From Phoronis australis (Eukaryota > Animalia > Phoronida), in NCBI GenBank assembly GCA_002633005.1, contig NMRA01000189.1, forward strand, positions 577,367-630,986: a stretch of DNA of 53,620 bases, given 5' to 3'. Shown piece by piece: positions 1-12,900 of the stretch. The stretch's first letter is position 1, and every line of letters starts with the position of its first letter. Both the position numbers and the translations under genes were made by a program. The notes beneath the pieces were generated by a model, which saw only the letters and a list, made by a program, of their open reading frames with translations, was not told the origin of the DNA and ran no database searches.

Positions 1-210
1 CTTGTTCTTTGTTGCATTATAGTAACTGGTCTTGGCTAATTATCATTTTATGGCCTGGTCATCCATTCAGCCCAAAGTAGTTCCAGAGGTGGCTTATCAG
101 CCAATTATTCACGCATGCTGACTCACAATAGAAGCCTGATAAGAGTGAAGGTGGATAAATGCGGTGTTCCTACAGTTTCTTGTTTTAGTGGATGTGTTCA
201 CGACATGCTG
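1..210. mobile_element. Right end of a non-autonomous DNA transposon (same family as 8263-10013)
   Basis: Near-identical to about 9812-10013; ends in CACGACATGCTG, the reverse complement of the CAGCATG left end at 8263. Confidence 0.7.
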
Positions 211-213
211 ATT

Positions 214-395
214 TTAAAACTTAAGTTTTCAGAACTTAAGTTTTTGAAAAACTAAGTTTATAGAACTTAAGTTTTTGAAAAGCTTAAGTTATGAAAACTC
301 ATTAAGTTTGTTCCAAAAACTTAAGTTTCCGTGAATGAAAACTTAAGTTTATCGGACCAAAAACCTAAGTTTTTCGATGAAAACTTCAGTTCATT
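214..395. repeat. Array of short AAACTTAAGTTT palindromes
   Basis: About 10 copies or variants at roughly 16-22 bp spacing. Confidence 0.75.
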
Positions 396-399
396 TTTG

Positions 400-890
400 T
401 ATCGGTCCGGCTCTCCTCAAGCCTCACCACCGGATTCACGGCCAGCCGCGCCATCTTGAGGCTTAGGGACGAAGCTGATACTTGTTCTCGCAAGAGTTTA
501 GTCTCCTACACAGACCCACGAGATTGGTTGGGGGCCTTCACAAGTTATCCGTGACGTCATCTTGTGAGGCCCGGGAACCAGATTAGCAAGAGTTACCACT
601 TGTTTACAAATTCGTGCGCTGACTAAACAAGCACCCTCAATGATTTAAACAGTAACCACCCGTCACTTTAATTTGCGCAACTATGCACTGATTCCTATTA
701 GGCTACTGCAACTACCGAAAACATTACGGAACTCTTATAATGTATCTCTATGTTATATGACTCATTGCAGTCGCGCAACCACTATTGCACTTCTAGTAAG
801 TAACACGGTTTAGCGTAAAACTTCCGGGTTTCGGTCAGAGTCAGCATGTGAAATTCGGTCGGGCCATATGAAGCGGAATTTGCTGTTGAA
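400..890. promoter_or_regulatory. CpG-richer promoter region of the IRAK gene (possibly bidirectional)
   Basis: CGCCATCTT (YY1-like) near 449, ATTGG near 523, TGACGTCA (CRE) 552-559, TGACTCA (AP-1) 758-764, ACTTCCGG (ETS) 820-827, directly upstream of the ATG. Confidence 0.55.
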
Positions 891-999
891 ATGGACAAGA
901 AAAAGACAAAAGAGCCATTTTATATTTATGAAATTCCGATGCCTATACGGATGAAGTTGACAAATCTTTTGGATATACATGATGGGTGGAAAAAGCTAG
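891..999 (+). CDS. IRAK1: IRAK/Pelle exon 1 (death domain N-terminus)
   Basis: ATG at 891, MDKKKTKEPFYIYEIPMPIRMKLTNLLDIHDGWKKL, donor G|GTAAG phase 1. Confidence 0.88.
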
Positions 1000-3900
1000 G
1001 TAAGCACGTAGTCAACAGGTTAACCAAAACAATGTCAATATCATGAACTCATACAATTTGATAACATTATTTATTGGTACTAACCGTAACCCTGATTTGG
1101 AGTACCGGTTTTATATATTGCACTAAATAACGGGAACACTATTGAACATTTGCCTGACTCTGAAAATCAGAGACTGCTGTATAAGCTTACTATTGTGCTA
1201 GGCAGTGACCACCGTCTCTAGCTGGCCCAGTATAGCCAGTCTGTTATTGTGCTAGACAGTGACCACCATCTCTAACTGTCCCAGTATAGCCAGTCTGTTA
1301 TTGTGCTAGACAGTGACCACCATCTCTAACTGTCCCAGTATAGCAAGTCTACTATTGTGCTAGACAATGACCACCATCTCTAACTGGCCCAGTATAGCAA
1401 GTCTACTATTGTGCTAGACAATGACCACCATCTCTAACTGGCCCAGTAGAGCCAGTCTACTATTGTGCTTGCTAAGCAGCTTGCTTAGTCTGATTTTTCA
1501 TCCATCGGTGATCATTCTCAACAACTCAGTGAACTTGAATGAAGAATCCAAGAGATGTTTTTATTGACTACTGAGAAGAAACTTTTTCAAGGTTAGAATT
1601 CAAACCCACTTTCCTCTTGGTGTGAACATGTGCAGACGACAACCTGCACTTAGCTAGCTCATTACAAAAACCTTCTGTTTGGTTTCTAAATCAAGGCTAA
1701 CGGGATTATCATTTTTTTGTTCTTGAGTGTTGCCACACTCTTTTGCCTGACATCACCACTCACAGGATAAGGGTTGTAAACGTGGAGTAAACTGGTCCCA
1801 CTTGGTTCTCGGCAGCCGTTTGGCTGTTGAGAACCAGTTTTCGCTAAATAACTGCAATGTCCAAAACTGGTACCCAGTAGCCATTTTACTCCACTTTTAT
1901 CCAAAGGGTTACTGAAATCATTTGTCATTGCGTACCAGAGAAACAAAACCTACTGTAATCTAGTTTGGGTACTTTTTTCGCATTTCCTCAGGTAAAAATA
2001 GAGCGATTCCAAACAAGGCGGTCTTCCTTTTCCAGAAAATACGTATTTTTATATAAGATTTGAATTTGAGTTGTATCAGTGTATAAATCTGCTTAATGTT
2101 TGTTAGCTAGTCTAGAATAAAACTCTTTAAAAATAACTCAACATCCCCCGTGCCATTCAGCAGTTCCAAATTATGATTGTAGATTTGCTCTTTGGGTTGC
2201 TATCCTTATTTGTTCGAATTGACAGTAGTTGATTTGTTAAAATGTCATTATTCATTATCCTGCCAAATGGCAACCAGGTCTTTGGTGGACAGGCATTCAA
2301 TGTCACCTACAAATCCATGTAATGCTGACGGGGGTTTCAACCTACTGGTACAGACAGCGTTATACACCTTCTTGCTATCGTACTGTAATTAAGAACAATA
2401 TCCATTACTGTGCGATAGTGTGATTTTATGACTTACAGAAAAAAACAAGCTTCTTGAAAAACACATGCGTGAAGGTTATCAATCATGTAATGTTCCATAC
2501 ATTTCCCACTGCGAAGAAGATCCAGGGCTGCAAAGTCTGTAGTTGCAACTGATGAAGTGGGAAAGTTATAATTGCAGCTGGTGTCAAAAAGCTAAAATAA
2601 ATTAATGAACTTAAACTAATCCAACAATAGGAGGCACTGACAGTGTATTTTGTTCCTCTATTTTTAAATTAATGAACCTCTATGTAGTTAGTGGAGTATC
2701 AGTCCACTGAATCTGAGTCGGGATCAAGGGGAAGTCACTTTCGTGCTCTACTACTCTAGACAGCGCCAAATATGAAATGTCTGGTATTAAAGGCCTATAT
2801 CCCTGTATGTACCTGAATACCTCTATTGATAAATCATAATTAATAGTTATTTTTGTTACTATACTACTCAGCGGTGGAGGCAGGTTTTGGAACCCATGAA
2901 ATACTATCATTTGACAAGGCTTTCCGTAGACCGACTGGCAGCCCATCCGATGACCTGCTGCATGAGTGGGGGACAAAGAATGCCACCATCAGGCGACTGT
3001 TTGAAGCCCTGAGAAACATCAACCACATCCAGGAAATGAAACTGCTAAAACCAATAGGTAAGGTAGTGGGCACTCCAAGAAATTCTGAAGGCTGATCTAC
3101 CCTCAGGTAGGCCTGTTCAATCAAGGCTCTACTTTCGGTTGTGGCGATGGTAGATATGGTTTCTTTAAACCAGTTTCAGTTAACACTGCTTGAAACAAAC
3201 CTCTAACGCAGTAATTACTGTACATATGTTTTACCTAATTTTGCTTGGTATCTCAAAAACAGTGTAAAAACCGCTTGTAAGAGCTTGTTTGGAAAAGATT
3301 CGTGGACTTTAAGGACAATAAATGTGCATCTTCTGTAAAAATGCAACTTTTGATTTAGGTAGCTTCATTAATGTTGCAAAATTGATTTCATCTTGCTCTT
3401 TACTTAAACTAGAAAGGATTTCTAGGCTTGAAATGAGCTGACTGGTCAATATTGCTTCAGGCAAACAAGCTGACTGGTCATTATTTTTTCAGGCAAACAA
3501 GCTGACTGGTCATTATTACTTCAAGTTTCTTGTCACAGTGGTCAAGTTTCAGCCAAAAAGGCAGTAGTCCCATTCCTGTGTGAAAGTTGGCAGAAATAAT
3601 CCCTAGTACTATTTTTCATGCTAGGAATTGTTTGCATTGAGACATGAATTTCCCGGGATTCTGAGCTCCATAAAATTTGGTCAACTGTGTTAATACCGAG
3701 GAGTAGTTAGTCATGACTCACTTGGTTTCTTGATTCAATTAAAATTCTGATTCTTATCTCTATCATGAAACCACTGGTGCTGGCGTGCTCATGAAATGTC
3801 TTGGTACCTTGCTGAGTTTGAGCACGACGCATTTCTTCTCATTGTTACACTTATGTTATATTGATGGGCGTTGCTGTAGTTGGCGATAGCCTATGATCCA

Positions 3901-6900
3901 ATTAACATTGTGAGATATTATTTCATATTACATTTTCTTTTCTCAGTACCTTCAGAATATCACCATATGATTCCTGAAGATGATGACATTGACCAAAGTT
4001 CACCAAATGCTCCTCACAAATTGAAGAGTTTTGGAGAAGGTAAGGTGGGACACATCAGTGAGTACACGCCATATCCTCACTGAAAAATTACGAGGCAAAA
4101 TCTCTTTAATTGCTAATTTCTTTTCTTTAACAAACAAAAGTTACTTTTATTACTGTAATAAATACTTGAAAAAAGTGTTGGACCAAATTGGCTAAATTTG
4201 CCCCAAAGGATCTTGGCAAATTTCAAAACCTCAGTGTTACTGTAAGTTTTGCCGGATTTCCGTCATAGATTTTGCTATAATACCAGATTGAAAAAATTGC
4301 AGCAAAATATTCTCATTCGTGGCTAATTTCCAAATGATCTGCTGTGTGGTGTTTTTGCCTAATTATTTTATAGGAACATTGACTTTTTATTTTCTTACAC
4401 ATGGTTAAATCTCACCAATACTCAATGAATATTATGGTTGCCATAATTACTGTTTTATGTGCCCACTTTTATTAGACCGCATATTGTCTCTATGTCTGGT
4501 TGTACGGTTGTCTGAGTGTCTGCCCACTATCTCGAAAACAACTGTTTGGATTTTGATGAAATTTGACACAAGAGTATATGGCATTACTAGAACAGTTCGT
4601 GCCCCAACCCCTGGAGTCAGGGGTGTGGCTTTTTCAGTATTTTTAGAAAGAGCATTTTCCAAATGGTATCTAGAGAATGGATTGACGGATTTCACTGAGA
4701 CTTGACACAAATGTATGTGGTATCAATATGTTAGCCTTATTAAGTTTTTGGGCGGAGGAGTGTTTCGGAGGATATCTAGAAAACTGATGGCTAGGTTTTT
4801 ACGAAACTCGACACAGTGTTATGTCATGTGACTGCGCTTGCACCGTTTAGATTTTCGGAAAAATTCGACTAGTGGAGTACCTCCTAGTGGCCATTTTGTT
4901 CTTGTCGAGGACAATTCAAATGTTGTTTCGGGGAAGAGCATTTCCGGGTGATATGTAAAGAACCGATCGATGAATTCTATTGTAACTTGGCACGAAGGTA
5001 TTTGGTGATTTTATGCCGACAGTATTTGGTTTTTGGGCGGACTTGACAACTGCAGCGTTTCCTAGTGTCCATTTTGTGGAAGAGCATTTCTGAATGATGT
5101 GTAGAGAACCGAGTGAAGAATTTCGATGAATGTTGACCTAGTGGTGTGTAGTGGCACTGCAGCAGCACTGCTAAATGTTTGGGTGGATTTGACTGCTCTA
5201 GTACCTCCTAGTGGCCATTTTGTTTTCGATATGGTCTTTTCACGTGATGTACGGGTGAAGAGCATATAATATTTAAAGAACCGATTGACAAGGGGATTTG
5301 ACAACTCTAGCACCTCCTAGTGGCCATTTAGTTTTTCAACATGGGACTTTTCAGGTGTTGTTTGGAGAAAGAGGGCTACTGAAAAATATCTAAAGACCTG
5401 ATGGATGGATATCAACGAATCTAGATTGTGCCAGCACCATTTTATTTTGGAGTGTTTTCAACTACTGCAGCACTTCCTAGTGGCAGTTTTGTGTGAGAGC
5501 GTTTCCGAATGATGTAAACCAGAGAACTGAGTGAAGGATTTCATTAAAAGTTAACGCAGAGGTTTGTGATGGCAATATGGTGTCACCATTAAGGTTTTTG
5601 AAGGATTCAACCAGATTGCAGAATGTCCTAGTGGCCATTTTGCTCTTGTCAAGGGCTTCCAAGTGTTGTTTCAGGGAAGAGAGTTTCCAGATGATATCTA
5701 AAAAACTGATTGACAAATTTCATTGAAACTTGACACAGAGGTTATGAGAGTGTGCTGGCACCATTGGATTTTCATCCAGATTCGACAACTGCAGTGCCTC
5801 CTAGTGACCATTTTGTTCTCAAAGGATTTCCATGTATTGTTTGGGGGAAGAGCAATTCTGGATTATATCTGCCATCTCCTGCTTATGGCCCTTAGATGTA
5901 TATTGTGAGATGCACCATAGGTGGATGTCAACACCCCAACATTGCTCTTGTTTGTATTTTAAAGGCGTGCTTCTGACGGTAGCTCTGGTGCTGAACTTCG
6001 AAATTCGAACAAAAGTAATGGCAAAAATTGTCATTTTTTGTCACTTTATTTCCAAAAACTATTCAAAATTCCATTGTGTGTTTGTTGGTGACTGCCCTAC
6101 TAATGTTATCAAATAATCAAGTAGAACTGTCTTCTCCTTAACACTTATTGAAAGTTTTGATAAAATAAATACCCAACACGTACCGAGAGTGGCGTTGATA
6201 CACTAATATCCCACGAGACATTATTCTGCTTATCAACCGAGACAGAATTTGTATTTATCCTATATGCTTTGAATTCCTAAGTTTCTTTCTTTCGCGAGAT
6301 TACATGGCCGTACTGCACCCGACTGATTCAATGCGTATGGGATAAAATTTTATTATTGCACCATATTGTGTTCAAATTTGAAGAAACTTTACGTACTGTG
6401 TGAAAATTGGACTTGATATGTGGTGCATGACCTTGAGTTTGATGTGTTCAAGAAAGAAGAAATAAAATCTTTTGGTCGAAGTTTAATCCATGTAGTTACT
6501 GTCCAATCGTAAACCTAGACAACAGTGGGGCAGTTACTCCATAGACTAGACTGCTATAATTAGATTTTAATTTGCCTTCTTTTATTAATGCAATACACTC
6601 AAGATTGTACACAGTTCATGGAGTCGGATTTTCAACACTACATGTTCAAACTAAAGTGTGCTGTAATTTTACTTACTTTTAGACAACCTGAAGTTACCGA
6701 GACCTTTTGATCCTGTTGAGAGCTCGGGAATGACTCCACCTCCTCAGTCTGTAGTGGAAAGTAGTTGGGGCTTAGCCAATGGCAGCAGTGTCAACTACTA
6801 CAATGGACACCCCAGTATGGGCAGCCATTATGACAGCAAAATACCTGACAAGAACATTGAACTTCACTACGCTAGCTCATGTGGCCCAGTTCCTAATATG

Positions 6901-9900
6901 GCCGCCCCAAGTGAGTTTCTTGTTTTGACCGGGAGATTGTGTCGCTTCAACTGAAATGTGTCAGGTGATGGGGTTTCATAGCCGAGCAGCAGTTGTCAGG
7001 ACTTGCCTTAAGTTCGACATTTACAAAACTGTTGAAGCATCATGGAAAGCCATGCAGAAGATTTTTTTGCAATGTTTTTCACAAATCTATTGTGCTACTG
7101 GATTTGCGACTTTGTACAAAATATCTCTGTCCATCAAGAATAATCTGATTGTTGGAAACACAATTTGTTCCTATTATGCGCCCACATAGTGGATGCATTA
7201 TGCCGTCATCTCCGTCCGTCCGACTGTCCATCTGGTGTCCGCTGCTCTATCTCCAAAACGCCTTGACGTATGTTCATGAAATTTTGCACGTGTTCGATGG
7301 GATGGCATGAGCGAACTTTCGGACGGATCCGACTACCGGTGTGACCCCTAGTGGCAATTTTAGTTTTTTACTTTTACCTCTATCTGAACGGATTTTCATA
7401 ATATTTGGTATATAGACACCTATTAGTGACATAACGGTAACGCTGTTTTGGGATGGATTTGACGAAGTTTGCCCCACCTAGTAACCATTTTTACTGTTTT
7501 CGATTATGTTTTTTGCGTCCACCCTTTTATCAACCAAACCGGTCAGAGGATAATTGTGAAAATTGGCATGTACGTATGTTCTTATTATGAAGTGGACGGC
7601 TGACAATGACTTTCCGATGACTTCGACTATTGTGGCGCCACCTAATGGCTGTATCTCCTAAACCGTTTGCAGGGATTCCTAAATTTAATAAGGCAGTGTA
7701 TTTATATTAGGTTAACAACGGAGGACGACGACTTTCAGATAGATCTGACTACTGGTGTGCCACCTAGTGGCAATTTTATTTTTTTTTACATGTACCTCAT
7801 GAGTCTGTATGCTCAAAGGTCCTCAACGTATTTTCATAAAATTTGGCATACGGGCATCTGTTAATGAAATGACGCTATCTCTCAGTTTTTAGCTGGATTT
7901 GACCTAGTTTGCACCTCATAGTGGCCATTTTTACTGTTTTCGAGTCTGTTTTTTGGCGTCCACTCCTCTATCAACCAAATCGCTTTCAGGATAACTGTGA
8001 AAATTGGCATGTATGTTTTTACTATGAAGTAGACGGCTGACGATGATTTTCCGATGACTTCGACTACTGTATCACCTACTAGTGGCAGTCTTGTTTTTTT
8101 GCTCATGGCTGTATCTCCTAAACCGTTTGCACGATCTTTCCTTAATTTAACAAGGTTAGTGTATTTATATGATGTTGACAACGGACGACGACAACTTTCG
8201 GACGGATCTGACTACTGGTGTGCCCCCTATTAGAAATTTTAGTTTTTTATGTTCTGAATCACCAGCATGCTATGAACATTCCCACTAAATAAGATTGGTC
8301 CTAACCCCAATGGTCAAGGTAAACGGTGGGGTATGGAAAATTGAACTAGACCGTATTTATCCACCTTGGCTGAGTCGCACTCAGCTCACGATCAAAGGGA
8401 TGCCGCCAAGCTGCTCTATTCATCGAGTCACGAGCGAGGATAATTGGCTTCGCTCATGCGGATATGATCAGCTGATTACAATCTACTTAGCAGACTGTAC
8501 TTTTTATGGAGAGAGTTTTAAGTAGTTTTTACTGTAATATTTGAAAAGAGAAGCGAAAACAAATATGAGTACAACTTTGAATTTTTCAAATCGGCCCAGG
8601 ATAAGAGATTTTGCAACACAGCAACACTCACGATTACTTTCAATCGGCGCGCATGAATACAGAAATATAGGACCCAAGTTATTTATATTTTGGAACACAT
8701 GCATTGCAATATTCAAAATACGTTTATTATGAATCTTACAAGCTGTAAAACGACGTTGTTTAATTTCATTGTGCTCATTCATTGTCATCCGTCAAATCGG
8801 CAATTTTCGATATTTGATCTGCGGCGTGCGCGTATGTGTACAAAACACGTGATTGTTATGTTCCTGAAGTACGAAAATTAAGAAACTTTAGCATGCCGTT
8901 ATTATTGACAGGGACACGATAAAACGAATTTGGATTTTGACTATAGTCTTGATACAGCGAGCTGGCTGACCACTGCGTCAGTGTCTCCGTTAGACCCAGA
9001 AATTTCACACAGCCCGGGTAGTTCACTTCATCCCCAACATGTAGAGCGAGCCTTGGACTATTAATACTCCACGGTAGAGCTAACGACTGTCGGCCTGTGC
9101 ACACAAAATCTGTGAGTTAACCAGCACTCACCTTGCACGTTGCAGCCATTTAAATGAAAAAACAATCTAGTAAACGCCATTTTCCTGCATAATCCTCCGC
9201 CTTTTGTAACAAAAAATCTATCTTCGATGACCCACACATGCACACTCCGGCACTCACTCTCATACGCAGACGAACTTCAAAACAAACGTCACGTGACAAC
9301 AACATGTGTGTTCATCCAGAGATTTTTCTCGTGTTGTGGGGTACGATGTAGCGCAGATTTGGACTTAATTCCAATTAATCTGGACTCCACATGAACTTTA
9401 AAAATTGTAAAACATAAGGAAGATTTCAAGTAATTTGTTGAGTCGAAACTATATTTTTATTCAAGAGTTCAAGTTTTCCTATTGACGATAGCGATTCAGC
9501 GACGCATCAGTCAGCAAGTTTTCGCCCTGTGATGAGAACAATTTTTTGAAAAATTATCGTAATTTAACAACGGAAGTTCATAGCAATGCACCACAGTTTT
9601 GTAGAAAGACTGTCATAGGCTAAAAATACGTCACAGAGCGTAAATTTGATGAATCCTAGCTCCCGGTTTTACCCGTTTGGGAAACAGGGTTTCAACTGCC
9701 GTAGGCTCACTACAATAAGAATCCCCTCCCGTGAAATGAATTTTTCTAAGCGTTTATTAGAGCCAATACAGTATACAGCTTTCCACCAAGGCTAGGTGAT
9801 GCTACAACATTATTCTTTGTTGCATTAGTAACTGGTCTTGGCTAATTGTCATTTTATGGCCTGGTCATCCATTCAGCCAAAAGTAGTTCCAGAGGTGGCT

Positions 9901-12900
9901 TATCAGCCAATTATTCATGCATGCTGACTCACAATAGAAGCCTGATAAGAGTGAAGGTGGATAAATGCGGTGTTCCTATAGTTTCTTGTGCCAGTGGATG
10001 TGTTCACGACATGAGTCTGTATCTTCAAAGGTCCTCAACAGATTTTTATAAAATTTGGAATATAAACATCTATTGGTGAGATGATGCCATCCTCCCATTT
10101 TCAAATGGATTCAACATAGTTTGCGCCACGTAGTGGCCAGTTTTACTGTTTTCGAGCCTGTTTCTTTTTATGTTCACCCCTCTATCAACCAAATCATTCT
10201 AGGGATGGCGTATATGTTTTCAGTGTGAAGAGGACATTTGATGATGGCGACTGACTACTGTGGCGCCTCCTTGTGGTAGTTTTGTTTTGTGGCCATAGCT
10301 GTATCTCCTAAACTCACTGCAGGATCTTTATTAAATGTAGTAAGTGTATTTATATGACGATAACAACAGACGACGACTTTCAGGCGGATCCAACGGACAC
10401 TGTGCCCACAAGTGGCACTTTCATTTTGTTCTATTTTCCTTTCTTTCTCTGAAGTTCCTTGACAGATTTTTATGAAATATTTTACGTTCCCATTTTTTGG
10501 ATGGATTGTACGTTTTTGCGCCATCTAGTTGCCATTTTTATGATACAAATATGTAAGCCATAAAGCACATCATTCGCGATGCATTCGTGGGCGCATTTCA
10601 ACGCTCCGCGTTGCTCTTGTTTACAGTTTAAGCGAAATGAAATGTAAGTTTCTCTGGTAATGTTTTACACCACACAGGTACGGTCTTATATGAAAGAAAG
10701 TCACAAGACATGTTTGGAGGTATTGCCGTTTCCAGCACACCACATTTTAAATATGAAGACATCAAGCAGGCTACGAAAAACTTCAATGTTCCCAACAAGA
10801 TTGGAGAAGGGACGTTTGGCGCAGTCTATCTTGCTAACTTCCACAAGACGATATATGCCGTTAAAGTGTTTAATGATCAAGCATTGCATAACACTGACCA
10901 GAAAGACTGTAGAAGTCACTGGAAAACAGAGCTCAGCACTCTTATGGTGTAAGATTATTTGATGGAATTGTGGGTAAAATGAATTGTTCTTCCTTTGGTT
11001 AGCGCATTTTTCGATACTTGTATAAACAAGCTTAATGAGTAACTTCTGCCAACACTTTTTACATCTGGTTAATATCTTATTTGAAAGACCTAGCACATGA
11101 TGGTAACAATTTAAATTCATAAAATAACACTCCTGGTATTATGGATGATAATATTATTTTTTACAGAATCCTGGTATATAGTTACACAACTGACTTTTCC
11201 TGTTTGACTAAAAAAACATTTTGCTTTTTATGCAGAAAATGGTGACCCATGAATTACACTAAGTTGAGTTTAACAAATACCTCTCGTTTTTTCTTGCCTC
11301 TATATCACTGGTCAAATAACCAAATCCAGGTACATCGTGTACACTTAATTTCAATAGTATTCCATTAGGAATAAGTCATCCTTACACAACCTTTCTTGAG
11401 CAATTTAATAAGTACACGATTTTGCAGGAGAGGAAAATTTCATTTTTATTATCAAAATTTTCAACAAGAGTAAACAGGAAGACAATTTCACTTGATTATT
11501 GGAAAACATTCTGTAAAACGACTGTCATCAACAAACACGATGAAATATTGTACAAATTGGCGACACAGTGACCATTTTGAAAATGATAAAATGTTAATTT
11601 TGGCCATAATTTTTGTCATAAGTTTCCTAAGACAGGGCTGTCTTACTTGCACATGACTGTTTCAGATATCGACATCCCAACATTATCCAACTGTGCGGGG
11701 ATTCGTTTGATGGTCCGAGACCATGCCTGTTGTTTGAGTACATGGTTAATGGATCACTCGAGGACAGATTGGAATGTAAGGTAAGGTCAATTGGATTCAA
11801 CAGTTATATCTTCGCTCTCAGTCAGTGATCTTGTTATCCTGTTTGAGTTGTCAGCGAAAACTTGATAATACTTCTAACCAAAATTTTGATGGCAAAGTCA
11901 TATTAGATGAAAATAGTGCATATCGCAAGTGCCTGAAACTGTCACTGATCAGTTTTTTAGGGCTGCCTAGCTCAAAATTAAGAATTGTTGGTTCAGTTTT
12001 ATTCAACTTGCACAAGTTTTACAGAATGGTGTAATTGTGACTTAGCTGCACTTAAACATTTAAACCATGTTATAACCTGACGTCCAATTCCACAAGCCAG
12101 CTGTGCTGCTAGATTGTGTTACTAACTGCTAACTGAGGTTATAACATTTAAAAAATAATTGCAGGCGGTCTTGTACACGCGCACTTGGGCCCATTGCACT
12201 GATCACCTGGAACCAATTTTATGCTTTATTAAATATAGTTAAAACTGAGCTGAGGAGCTTGAAACCTGACTCAAGGGTCTAGCGGTGTGGCCCAGTGAGA
12301 CTCAAACCCCCGACCTTGAGTAAAGAAAGCAGGCACTTATCGCACTAGGCCACACTGCCTCCTCGGTTATATCATTTGGTTGTAAAAAACTTTTGGTAAT
12401 TCCTAGGAGGGTTGGTTGTACTGTTACAGAACTGAACCGTGCATGCCTGGATATAAGTGTCGTGATTTTACACATAGTTCCGTTTTTCTGTTCAAGTTAA
12501 CTTTCGTTGGTTTTATATTCAGTTTTTTTAACTCTTTCAGCTAGTTTTTGTTGAAAAGTAATGATACCCAGTCTGGGGTTTCTTTGCCAAGAGAATAATT
12601 TGACACTCTTAGTCTACGGTTGAGGAAGCAGTGTTTTCTAATGGGACAAGTATCCGCCTCCTTTACTCAAAAGTTTTGGGGTCGAGTCCCACTGACGAAC
12701 ACTGTTAGATCCTTGAGTTGGGTTTATACTCTTCAGCTTGGTTTTAACTAGTAAGTTAATAAGGCATGAAAATGATTCTGTGCCATCTGAGTGGCTTACG
12801 CTCGTCTGGTATGATATGTACGTATTAAACTGCTTGGAATTGTTTTTTATATAATCTCATTGTTGATGACTTCTTGCAGAACCAGACTCCACCACTGAGT

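Noticed and set aside
1191-1469. CRISPR-like or coding repeat
   Set aside because: Plain head-to-tail 54-bp minisatellite in an intron.
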